The position numbers and the translations under genes are program-made. A DNA stretch of 64,000 nucleotides from assembly GCA_965218095.1 (NCBI GenBank), contig OZ244587.1:3008001-3072000 (forward strand), in the 5' to 3' direction. Shown here one piece after another: positions 45,237 to 54,115 of the stretch. Below the pieces are notes generated by a model. The model was not told where the DNA came from. It did not search any database and worked only from the letters and a program-made list of their open reading frames with translations. The DNA is from Candidatus Poribacteria bacterium (lineage in GTDB: Bacteria; Poribacteria; WGA-4E; PCPOR2b). The first letter of the stretch is position 1, and each line of letters starts with the position of its first letter.

Positions 45237-45926
45237 ATGAGCGAGCGAATCAAACCACATACCTTTTTAATCATGGCGATGAGTCTTGACGGCAAGATTT
45301 CCACACGCGATGGTGCAGGCCCTCGATTTGCCAGCAAGGCGGATCAGACCAGGCTCCGCGAGATTCGGACGCAAGCCGACGCAATCCTTGTCGGGGCGGG
45401 AACAATTATCGCCGACGATCCGACATTTACTGAGCGTGGAAGGTACAGAGAGTTACGGCTTCAACGGAGCCTGACGCCTAACCCGATCAAGGCGGTTGTC
45501 AGTGGAAGTGGAAGCGTCCCCGAAACCGCAAGAATGTTCAAGCCAAATGACGCGCCGGCATTGGTTTTTACAACAGAGCGAATCCCCCGCGCCCGGTTAG
45601 AGCGATTACGACAAGTCGCTGAAGTCCACCTCGTTGGCGAAACAGAAGTTGATTTTCTGCGTGTCATTGAGATTCTGAGGGAGGCGTATGGAGTCAAACA
45701 ACTGCTAATCGAGGGAGGCGGTCAGGTGAATTTCGACCTGTTTCGCGCTGGGTTAATTGATGAGGTGTATCTCACTTTGTGCCCGAAAATCATTGGCGGA
45801 CGAGATGTGCCGACAATTGTTAAGGGAGATGGATTCGATTTTCTCAAGATGGTTGACCTAGAGCTACTAGACCACCGCGTTATTGAGAACGAGATCTTTC
45901 TGCATTATCGCGTTCGCGGGGGTTGA
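45237..45926 (+). CDS. RibD C-terminal domain reductase
   Basis: AMSLDGKI, DAILVGAGT..DDP, LLIEGGG, IDEV..CP.I.GG. Confidence 0.9.
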   Translation: MSERIKPHTFLIMAMSLDGKISTRDGAGPRFASKADQTRLREIRTQADAILVGAGTIIADDPTFTERGRYRELRLQRSLTPNPIKAVVSGSGSVPETARMFKPNDAPALVFTTERIPRARLERLRQVAEVHLVGETEVDFLRVIEILREAYGVKQLLIEGGGQVNFDLFRAGLIDEVYLTLCPKIIGGRDVPTIVKGDGFDFLKMVDLELLDHRVIENEIFLHYRVRGG

Positions 45927-46050
45927 AGTTTCTGTACAGGAGGAGAAATCCCAATGAGATATGTTTGCAAAATCTGTGAAGTATGCCTATTCTACCAGCG
46001 ATAATGGCGACTTCTGAAACATCATCGAATCACCACCTAACAAAATTTAC

Positions 46051-46079
46051 TTGGAAAGCAGGCGAAATTCTGTTAAAAT
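46051..46079 (+). promoter_or_regulatory. Putative promoter of the phoH operon
   Basis: TTGGAA-17 bp-TAAAAT with an extended TG. Confidence 0.5.
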
Positions 46080-46151
46080 TACAGACTAGGTTCGGTATCC
46101 GCGAAAGATAAAGACAACCACACAAACCAAAAAGGTAGGGACAATAGCGTA

Positions 46152-47162
46152 TTGCAAAACCGAGAATCCTTGAAAATACCAATACAAAGCAACACGGAAG
46201 CGCAGGCACTTTTAGGGCAAGCAGATGTTTTCCTGAAGATTGTTGAAGAGAACTTTAACGTTAAAGTTCTCTTAAAAAGTGAAGGCTTGGAAGTTATTGG
46301 CGAGAACTTTGACGACGTTCACCGTGTTGCGAGAACATTTGAATCCTTACTCCACCTGATTCGAGGTGGGCAGTCCATCAATGCGAACGATGTCAAATAT
46401 GCGATTCGGATTTCCAAAGGCAATAAGCCTGTTCAGTTGGAAAAAGCAATCGGTGAATCAATCTCGGTATTTTCCAAACGTGGTGTCGTGCGTCCGAAAA
46501 CCCCCGGTCAGAAACGCTATGTGGAAGCAATAAAAACGCATGACCTTGTATTTGGGATTGGTCCCGCAGGAACCGGAAAAACCTACCTCGCAATGGCAAT
46601 GGCGGTTTCCGCCTTGAAAAGTGGACAAGTGGGCCGAATCATTCTGACCCGTCCCGCGGTGGAAGCCGGCGAAAGGCTCGGTTTTTTGCCCGGTGATATT
46701 GAAGCCAAAATTAACCCCTATCTGCGTCCTTTATATGATGCCCTTTACGATATGATCCCTCCAGAATCCCTTGAACGTTATGTGGAGCGTAATGTGATCG
46801 AAGTCGCTCCGATTGCCTTTATGCGCGGACGCACACTGAATAACTCGTTTGTTGTCCTTGATGAGGCGCAAAACGCAACGATTGAACAGATGAAGATGTT
46901 CCTCACACGGCTTGGATTTGACTCCAAGGCCGTGATCACTGGAGACATCACCCAGACTGACTTACCATCCGATACGACGTCGGGGCTTGTGGATGCCCGG
47001 TCCATTCTTTCTGACGTTAAAGAGATCGCGTTCATTTACTTTTCAAGGGAAGATGTTGTGCGACATGAGCTTGTGCAACGGATTATTGAAGCCTATGAGG
47101 AGCGAGACACCCATCAATCTAGAAAGACGAAGAGTTCCAACTCAAGTAAACAACAGACTTAG
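46152..47162 (+). CDS. phoH: PhoH-family ATPase
   Basis: GPAGTGKT, RPAVEAGE.LGFLPG, RGRTL, DEAQN, GDITQ.D. Confidence 0.95.
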   Translation: MQNRESLKIPIQSNTEAQALLGQADVFLKIVEENFNVKVLLKSEGLEVIGENFDDVHRVARTFESLLHLIRGGQSINANDVKYAIRISKGNKPVQLEKAIGESISVFSKRGVVRPKTPGQKRYVEAIKTHDLVFGIGPAGTGKTYLAMAMAVSALKSGQVGRIILTRPAVEAGERLGFLPGDIEAKINPYLRPLYDALYDMIPPESLERYVERNVIEVAPIAFMRGRTLNNSFVVLDEAQNATIEQMKMFLTRLGFDSKAVITGDITQTDLPSDTTSGLVDARSILSDVKEIAFIYFSREDVVRHELVQRIIEAYEERDTHQSRKTKSSNSSKQQT

Positions 47163-47170
47163 AGCCTATC

Positions 47171-47206
47171 TAAAATGTTCTAAAGTGTTCTAAAGTGTTC
47201 TAAAGT
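47171..47206 (+). repeat. Tandem 10-mer repeat
   Basis: TAAAATGTTC TAAAGTGTTC TAAAGTGTTC TAAAGT. Confidence 0.75.
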
Positions 47207-47532
47207 TGAAAAACAAGATGCACTTTCTCCCTATCTTCTCTGATAAATCAGAAAGTGGGAAAGGGAGAAAGTGAGATTTAATCTTCTTCTCACTTTCACA
47301 CCTTCACACTTTTCCCCTTGTGCGTTGACTCACCTTAATGGGTGGTCTTAATTTTGGGGAGTATTATACACTTTAGCATACTTGTCCAAACTTTACTCGC
47401 ACAGACCCTCAAAAAATTCCCGCTAAACTTTGCCATCTGCCGACATCATTTTTTTATTGCATTGTCCTAACAGCCCATTTGCTCACCCCAAGCGTGAGTT
47501 AGAATAGCCCATCGTGAAGGCGATGTCTGCCA

Positions 47533-47958
47533 ATGATTCTCATTAGCAATAAATCTCAAAATATCGATTTTGATGAAGCAATCATCTATAATGCTACGTT
47601 GGCTACGTTAAAAGTACACGATTCGGTGGATTGCGAAGTGAGTATCCTCCTGACAGATGACGCTGAGATTCAAGCGCTCAATTGTCAATACCGCGGTATC
47701 AATACGCCGACTGATGTGTTAGCCTTTGCGATGCGAGAAGGCATCGGTGAGGCGCTGAACCCCCAACTGCTTGGCGATTTGGTTATCTCTGTCCCGACCG
47801 CCCAACGTCAATCAAGCGTCCATGAGCATCCACTCGGTATGGAGCTTGCCTTACTGGCTGTACACGGTACACTTCATCTTCTCGGTTATGAGCACCAAAC
47901 CCTAGAGGAAGCTGAAATCATGTTCGAGAAACAAGAAGCGGCGCTTCGCCTGATTTAA
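47533..47958 (+). CDS. ybeY: rRNA maturation RNase YbeY
   Basis: LN..YRG...PTDVLAF, LGD.VIS, HG.LHLLGY.H. Confidence 0.95.
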   Translation: MILISNKSQNIDFDEAIIYNATLATLKVHDSVDCEVSILLTDDAEIQALNCQYRGINTPTDVLAFAMREGIGEALNPQLLGDLVISVPTAQRQSSVHEHPLGMELALLAVHGTLHLLGYEHQTLEEAEIMFEKQEAALRLI

Positions 47959-48003
47959 CGTTTCGCAAAGTCTCTTCTGGCTCACAGGTAGCATCTCGGG
48001 AGT

Positions 48004-49302
48004 GTGATCCCACGTTTGGACAATATAGAGATTATTAAACTGGTTAGCTTGGTTGTTTTGTCAATCCTCACAGGGTTGTTTTCCGCTGTGGAGGTGCTGC
48101 TCAACCGACTGACCCGGCATGAAATTCTGAATATAGCGGAAGCGGGGGGCACACAGCATGAGATTTTGACCTCTCTACTGCGCTACCCACAGAGATCTTC
48201 TGCGACGATTATCGTTGCCAAGAGCGTATTAATCGTCTGTATTGTCGTTTTGCTGCTCTCCTTGTTCGATTTCGATTCTCTGAGAGATTGGATGATTAGT
48301 GCCCTCCTTGCAATCCTCCTCATTGTCGTTGTGACTGAGCTCATCCCCAAAAATTATGTACAGGGCAGATCTGAAAACTCAACAATCTCCGCCCTCCGTT
48401 TTCTGCGAATTGTCTATTGGGTCCTATATCCCCTTATCAAATCGTTGTCCCTGCTTGGATATCTTGGCGTTCGGATTTTGGGGGGAAAAGTCCGATCTGA
48501 ACAAGATAGCAATATATCACCGGAAGACCTTGAAGCATTGGCCAACGTCGGTGATAGCCAAGAGATTTTAGAAGAGGAAGAGCGAGAAATGATCTCCCGC
48601 ATCCTCGACCTTCCCGATAAAGTTGCCCGCGAGATTATGATTCCCCGAACCGATATGGCCTGCCTCGATGTTTCTGCTCCAAAAGAGGTCGTTCTCAAAA
48701 CAGCAATTGAGTCACGGCATTCGCGCATTCCAGTGTATGAAGAGCAAATCGATCGCATCATCGGCATCCTCCATGTGAAGGATCTGTTAGATTATTGGGC
48801 TGAAGGCAAGTCCCTCGATCTGAGGTCGCTTATCGCAGATCGTACCCCTTTTTTCACGCCAGAGAGCAAAAAAATATCGGACCTCTTCCAAGAGCTACGG
48901 GCAAATAAGCAGCACATGGCGATCGTTGTTGATGAGTACGGAGGCACAGCGGGAATCGTTACACTGGAAGATATTATTGAGGAGATTGTTGGCGAAATTC
49001 AGGATGAGTATGATTTTGATGAACAAGAGGAGTGGATTGCCCTCGAGGAAAATGTCTATTCGATTGATGCACGGATGAGTCTTATTGATTTCAATGAACG
49101 GCTCGGCACACAGATTGAATCAGAAAATGTAGACACTATCGGTGGATTTATATTCGATTATCTTGGAAAAGTTCCCGAGCAGGACAGCCAATTCTCTTAC
49201 CACGGTTTGGAGTTCACGATAGTAGAAGCAGATGAACGTCGGATTCATCGCATCCGGATTCAGACTCCCGCGGATACAAACAGTGAATCATCTCAGGCTT
49301 AA
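48004..49302 (+). CDS. Hemolysin/CorC family protein (DUF21-CBS-CorC)
   Basis: Hydrophobic N-terminus, IMIPR.D, HSRIPVY, VDEYGGTAG.VTLED..EEIVGEI.DEYD. Confidence 0.93.
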   Translation: MIPRLDNIEIIKLVSLVVLSILTGLFSAVEVLLNRLTRHEILNIAEAGGTQHEILTSLLRYPQRSSATIIVAKSVLIVCIVVLLLSLFDFDSLRDWMISALLAILLIVVVTELIPKNYVQGRSENSTISALRFLRIVYWVLYPLIKSLSLLGYLGVRILGGKVRSEQDSNISPEDLEALANVGDSQEILEEEEREMISRILDLPDKVAREIMIPRTDMACLDVSAPKEVVLKTAIESRHSRIPVYEEQIDRIIGILHVKDLLDYWAEGKSLDLRSLIADRTPFFTPESKKISDLFQELRANKQHMAIVVDEYGGTAGIVTLEDIIEEIVGEIQDEYDFDEQEEWIALEENVYSIDARMSLIDFNERLGTQIESENVDTIGGFIFDYLGKVPEQDSQFSYHGLEFTIVEADERRIHRIRIQTPADTNSESSQA

Positions 49303-49461
49303 CTTGCTAATGTCGCCCGCTTATTCAGGATTTTCAGGATGGAAGGATTAACAGGATTTTTGTCGGCTTTGTTGATTTGATGACAAGTGGCGGAGATTCG
49401 ATGGATAAAGGCTTCTGGACGGTTTTGCCAATTTGTTTTCAGAAGTGAAGAGGGAGACAAA

Positions 49462-50931
49462 ATGAAGATACGATTTCGTAGGGGCGTGGTTACCGCGCCC
49501 GTACTCGCGATGTGCTTGGGGCTTATCTGGTTCTGGGGGATGGCGGTGGCAGCGGCAGAGACGCCTCAGCAGATTGCGAAACGTGCGTTGGATGTGACGG
49601 TGCTCTTGGTTATGGCGGATGCGAATGGGCAGCCGCTTGGGGTGGGGAGCGGTTTCTTTGTGCGAACCAACCAAATCGCGACCAACTTCCACGTGATTGA
49701 GGGTGCAGCACGAGGCGCCGCAAAGCGCGTGGGTCAGAAAATGGAGTACACCATCGAAGGCTTCACCGCGCTGGATGAAAAACACGATTTGGCGATTTTA
49801 CAGGTGTCGGTTTCTGGTGTCCAGCCGCTTCCCCTCGGCGACAGCGACGCGGTTGAGATTGGGGATACGGTTTATGTCGCAGGCAACCCGAAGGGATATT
49901 TGGAGGGGACATTCTCGGATGGCATTATCAGTGGGATTCGAGGGGATTCGACCGACAAACGGCTCCAGATGACGGCGCCGATTTCTCCGGGGAGCAGTGG
50001 CGGGCCCGTGCTAAACGGGGTGGGTGAGGTGATAGGCGTTTCTGTGATGACGATTGAAGGTGGTCAGAATCTCAATTTCGCCATCCCTTCCAACGATCTC
50101 AAGGCACTCGTCGCTCGATTGGTGCCCGCGAAACCGTTGTCGAAAGGGAAACAATCGATATCTGCCGATACCTACTTCATTCGAGGCTATGTAAACGGCG
50201 AGCTAGGTGACTATAAGGGTGCCATCGCAGCCTATACTCAGGCAATCCGCCTCAAACCCGATTATGCCGTTGCCTACATCGGTCGGGGCTTGGCGAAGGC
50301 TAGGTTAGGACAATACGTCGCCGCTATCTCCGACTATGATACCACTATCCGTCTCAAACCCGATTATGTCGATGCCTACAACAATCGGGGATTGGCGAAG
50401 AACAATCTAGGTCAACACTTCGCCGCTATCACCGACTATGACACCGCTATCCGTCTCAAACCCGATTATGCCGAAGCCTACTACAATCGGGGCTTGGCGA
50501 AGGCTAAGTTAGGCCAACACTTTGCCGCTATCGCCGACTTTGACACCGCTATCCGCCTCAAACCCGATGATGCCAAAGCCTACTACAATCGGGGCTGGAT
50601 GAAGGCTAAGTTAGGCCAACACGTCGCCGCTATCGCTGATTATGACACCGCTATACGACTCGAACCCGATGATGCCAATGCCTACGGCAATCGGGGCTTG
50701 GCGAAGGTGCCCTTAGGACAATACGTCGCCGCCATTGCAGATTGTGACACCGCTATCCGCCTCAAACCCGATGATGCCAATGCCTACTGCGGTCGGGGCT
50801 TGGCGAAGTACTGTCTGGGTCGCACCTGGGAGGCGAAGCGGGATTTCCAAACGGCGTTGAGACTCGCGGAACGGGCGGGGGATGAGGGGCTCAAAGCCAG
50901 AATTGAGTCTACGATTCGAGACTTCTACTAA
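49462..50931 (+). CDS. Trypsin-like serine protease with tandem TPR repeats
   Basis: GSGF..ATNFHV, DLAIL, ISPGSSGGP; about 7 TPRs (TAIRLKPD.A.AY.NRG). Confidence 0.92.
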   Translation: MKIRFRRGVVTAPVLAMCLGLIWFWGMAVAAAETPQQIAKRALDVTVLLVMADANGQPLGVGSGFFVRTNQIATNFHVIEGAARGAAKRVGQKMEYTIEGFTALDEKHDLAILQVSVSGVQPLPLGDSDAVEIGDTVYVAGNPKGYLEGTFSDGIISGIRGDSTDKRLQMTAPISPGSSGGPVLNGVGEVIGVSVMTIEGGQNLNFAIPSNDLKALVARLVPAKPLSKGKQSISADTYFIRGYVNGELGDYKGAIAAYTQAIRLKPDYAVAYIGRGLAKARLGQYVAAISDYDTTIRLKPDYVDAYNNRGLAKNNLGQHFAAITDYDTAIRLKPDYAEAYYNRGLAKAKLGQHFAAIADFDTAIRLKPDDAKAYYNRGWMKAKLGQHVAAIADYDTAIRLEPDDANAYGNRGLAKVPLGQYVAAIADCDTAIRLKPDDANAYCGRGLAKYCLGRTWEAKRDFQTALRLAERAGDEGLKARIESTIRDFY

Positions 50932-50945
50932 AGGAAAGGGGGATC

Positions 50946-52304
50946 ATGGTGAGAAGGCAGGGGCGGGAGATTCGGCGGTTGCCGTCGTTTGGTGTTCGGT
51001 ATCATGTACGGCGGACGATGCGTCGACGTCAAAGGCGGGCGGCGTTGCTAATCGCGCTGATTTTGCATCTGATTGGGGCGTTTTTTCTGATCCAGCAGAT
51101 TCGGCAGGAGATTGTGGATGATGATGCAATCTATGTGGAGTGGGTTGAAATGCCGAAGGAGAAGCGGCCAGTGGTGAAGCGACAAATTGTGAGGTCAGTG
51201 GAGGCGCCTGCTACGACGGAGTCGGTGTTCCGACGGGCGAGCACGGTCGCGTCGGTGCGAGTGGAGAGAGACCTGTCTGCGCCGCCGCCGTTGGCGGTGA
51301 ATGCGTTGGAGAATCTACCCGTGGTCACGGATAAGAGTGACCTGACAGGCGGGCAAGCGGAAGCATCATCTGATGTGCAAGGTGGCACAGAGGCAACGCG
51401 CACAGACGGGTCAGGTTCGGAGCGGACTATCCGTCCGTCTGGGCAGGGGAGTGGGTTCGATGCGTTTCGGAAAGAGGACAGTGGGGCGAATGAATCATCG
51501 CCGACGATGGTCGAACATGATCTATCGACGCGTGTCGATGAGGCGGTGTTAGGCGGAGTGCTTGAGGGGACCGCGCAGGAGCCGCGTGGGCATATTCGCT
51601 TGATTCGGCTGAAACATTCGCTTTCCGATTGGTGGCAGGACCCGACAGCGATCCCTTCGTTTGCGAAGTGGTTGCGGGAGAATACGCAGCTACGAGCAGA
51701 TATGACATTTGCGGGGGGGAGTCTCCGGTTGACAGATAATCGGATACATCAAGCGCCACTGGTGATTATGACAGGGCATGATAAGGATATCACCGTAGGG
51801 CGTGCACTGAGTCGGGGTGGGCCACTGTCAGAGGGGTTTACTGCGACGGAACGGATGGCGTTGCGGAAGTATATCATTGAACGGGGGGGGATGCTATTCT
51901 TCGATGACTGCGGGTTTAATGGCTTGTTTGCAGCGACCATCGCTAATGAGCTACGCCTGACTTTTCCTGAGTATCCGTTGACAAGTATTCCGCATACGCA
52001 TGAGCTTTATACGATCTATTATCAGTTACCTCGACCGCCGACGGGGGGAGATGTGTTCTGGCATTCTGAGAATAAGGCGCAACAGTCTAAATATAAGTAT
52101 CAGAAAGGTATCACCATCGGGCGACGGCTTCGGGTCGTCTATAATCGGAAAGATTATCTCTGTGCAATGGAGACAGCGGAAATTGAGAGTCGGACAATGT
52201 TGCGGATGCGTCGGTCGACAGATGTGCATCGGTTTATGACGAATCTGCTGATTTATACGATGCGGTATGGGGGGAATACGGATCGGTCGGGATATAAGCC
52301 GTAG
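50946..52304 (+). CDS. Membrane-anchored DUF4159 domain protein
   Basis: ALILH transmembrane helix, low-complexity linker, DWWQDP, LRKYIIERGGMLFFDDC, HELY. Confidence 0.82.
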   Translation: MVRRQGREIRRLPSFGVRYHVRRTMRRRQRRAALLIALILHLIGAFFLIQQIRQEIVDDDAIYVEWVEMPKEKRPVVKRQIVRSVEAPATTESVFRRASTVASVRVERDLSAPPPLAVNALENLPVVTDKSDLTGGQAEASSDVQGGTEATRTDGSGSERTIRPSGQGSGFDAFRKEDSGANESSPTMVEHDLSTRVDEAVLGGVLEGTAQEPRGHIRLIRLKHSLSDWWQDPTAIPSFAKWLRENTQLRADMTFAGGSLRLTDNRIHQAPLVIMTGHDKDITVGRALSRGGPLSEGFTATERMALRKYIIERGGMLFFDDCGFNGLFAATIANELRLTFPEYPLTSIPHTHELYTIYYQLPRPPTGGDVFWHSENKAQQSKYKYQKGITIGRRLRVVYNRKDYLCAMETAEIESRTMLRMRRSTDVHRFMTNLLIYTMRYGGNTDRSGYKP

Positions 52305-52432
52305 GGGGGGAAGTTGTCTGAATCAGGATTTTAGGATTAACAGGATTAAAGAACAAGCGGGGGGATCTCGCCCAAACGGATAAGGAGAGTATCAATCGAA
52401 ACCGCAAAGCGAGAAAAAAGAGGAAAGGAGGC

Positions 52433-52461
52433 TTGACAGATTCTTCCACGTATGATAAAAT
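52433..52461 (+). promoter_or_regulatory. Near-consensus sigma70 promoter of the tRNA locus
   Basis: TTGACA-17 bp-TAAAAT with an extended -10 TG. Confidence 0.8.
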
Positions 52462-52493
52462 CACAAATACGAATGCCTGATTATTGGCACAGT

Positions 52494-52567
52494 CGGGGCG
52501 TAGCGCAGTCCGGTTAGCGCGTTCCGATGGCTCGGAAAGGTCGAAGATTCAAATCCTCTCGCCCTGA
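52494..52567 (+). ncRNA. tRNA-Pro mimic 1 (anticodon arm replaced by TTCCGA-TGGC-TCGGAA)
   Basis: First 28 nt identical to the tRNA-Pro; 3' part AGGTCGAAGATTCAAATCCTCTCGCCCTGA differs at 3 positions. Confidence 0.8.
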
Positions 52568-52591
52568 TAGATTCACTTGGATCAATATTTG

Positions 52592-52838
52592 ATGTTCTAT
52601 GTTTATATTCTTCAAAGCCTGAGAAAGATGGGAGTTACTATATTGGGCAGACTCACAATGTATCTAGTAGCCTTGAACGCCATAATGGTCGGCGGTGGTT
52701 AGCGACTCGATCCAAGGCTCCGTGGGAATTGGTTTATACCGAGTCATTTTCAACAAGGAGTCAAGCGGTCAGACGGGAGCGAGAAATAAAAAATTGGAAA
52801 AGTCGTCAAGCCATCGAAGTGTTGTTGAGTAATAATGA

Positions 52839-52848
<10 letters not shown>
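52592..52848 (+). pseudogene. Small GIY-YIG nuclease (UPF0213/SLX1-like), frameshifted near 52620
   Basis: MFYVYILQSL / KDGSYYIGQT..LERHN..T...PWELVY.E.F.TRS.A..RE..IK.WKS; removing 2 nt restores the frame. Confidence 0.88.
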
Positions 52849-52913
<65 letters not shown>

Positions 52914-52952
52914 TATTTTATTTACTTCGGATTCATCAACGGACCTTGCAGG

Positions 52953-53026
52953 AGGGTCGTAGCGGAGTTTGGTTAGCATGTTCCGATAGGATCGGAAAGG
53001 TCAGCGGTTCAACTCTTTTCGCCCGA
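52953..53026 (+). ncRNA. tRNA-Pro mimic 2 (anticodon arm replaced by TTCCGAT-AGG-ATCGGAA)
   Basis: AGGGTCGTAGCGGAGTTTGGTTAGCATG-hairpin-AGGTCAGCGGTTCAACTCTTTTCGCCCGA; more degenerate than mimic 1. Confidence 0.7.
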
Positions 53027-53110
53027 ATTATTTTTATGGGACAATAGAACGATGAATTTACCATGTCCTCATTTCATCGTTCCATTGTCCCATTTTATTA
53101 TGGAGGAAAA

Positions 53111-53866
53111 ATGCCGGTTCAAAAAACGCAGGCGATTGTCATCCGCTCATTTCCATTGGGTGAGTTCGACAAAATCATCACGTTTTACACGGCTGACTTT
53201 GGCAAGATCCAGGCAGTTGCGCGTCGTATCAGGCGTCCAAAGAGTCGTTTCGGAGGCAGCCTAGAGCTGCTCAATCTCGGCACGCTTGTGTTCTTTGAAC
53301 GCCCGAACAAAGACCTCCACGCTATTAATGACTTTGATCTGATTGACGCCTTTGACGCAATCAAAGCGGACTTTGACCGGACCATTTATGGCTGTTATTT
53401 GGCAGAGTTGGTTAATGCAACGGAGCTGGCAGGGCAGGCGGCAAACCAAAGCGTATTTCATCTGCTGCGATACGCATTTGAAACCTTAACGCAGATTGAC
53501 GATGTCCCTTTGTTAGCGCGTGCTTTTGAACTACAATTTCTGGGTCTAGCAGGCTACGCGCCTCAACTCTGGCGTTGCGTTGTTTGTATGGAGGCATTCC
53601 GCGGTCCAACGATGCACTTTAGTTCACGCCTTGGTGGCTTACTGTGCGCAAATTGTGAGGGGCAAGATACAAAGGCAAGATCGATGTCATGCGGGAGTTG
53701 TGAACTGATGAAGCAGTTACAAAAATTCGATTTGTCCTATCTACACCGTTTTCGTGCCTCCGATCTCAACCACCGTGAACTCCAGTTTGTCCTTTCAAAC
53801 TTCATCTCCTATCATACCGAACGCACTTTGAAAAGCCTCGAATTTATTAATAATCTAAAGGCATGA
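53111..53866 (+). CDS. recO: DNA repair protein RecO
   Basis: GEFDKI.T.YT..GKI.AVA.....KSRFGG.LE, GY.P.L..CVVC..GG.LC..C; GGAGG RBS. Confidence 0.94.
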   Translation: MPVQKTQAIVIRSFPLGEFDKIITFYTADFGKIQAVARRIRRPKSRFGGSLELLNLGTLVFFERPNKDLHAINDFDLIDAFDAIKADFDRTIYGCYLAELVNATELAGQAANQSVFHLLRYAFETLTQIDDVPLLARAFELQFLGLAGYAPQLWRCVVCMEAFRGPTMHFSSRLGGLLCANCEGQDTKARSMSCGSCELMKQLQKFDLSYLHRFRASDLNHRELQFVLSNFISYHTERTLKSLEFINNLKA

Positions 53867-53890
53867 GGGGTGGAATCGGAGTAAGGATAA

Positions 53891-53965
53891 TCCATCTTTC
53901 ACGACATCAGCGACCCTGATGTGATTGGGCATATTCAGCGGGTTGGGATGACGGTATATGAGCAG
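53891..53965 (+). pseudogene. C-terminal remnant of a minimal nucleotidyltransferase (MNT)
   Basis: SIFHDISDPDVIGHIQRVGMTVYE resembles MNT C-termini (DLS....I....L.EHI.RVG..FY). Confidence 0.55.
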
Positions 53966-53992
53966 GAGGCTCATGTTAAGGAATCGTGCAAC

Positions 53993-54026
53993 AGAAACCG
54001 AGTTTTTTCTTGAAAACTCGGTTTCT
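53993..54026. repeat. 14-bp-stem palindrome
   Basis: AGAAACCGAGTTTT-TTCTTG-AAAACTCGGTTTCT. Confidence 0.7.
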
Positions 54027-54115
54027 CTTCGCGCTTTGTACTTTCTTTTTACACGAGCCAGACAGAATTGGCAGGTTGAGCCTAAGCGAAATCCCGATGC
54101 AATCGGGGAAGATAT

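Noticed and set aside
50164-50870. CRISPR array or DGR template/variable repeat
   Set aside because: The repeats are in-frame 34-aa TPRs; there are no spacers, cas genes or reverse transcriptase in the window.
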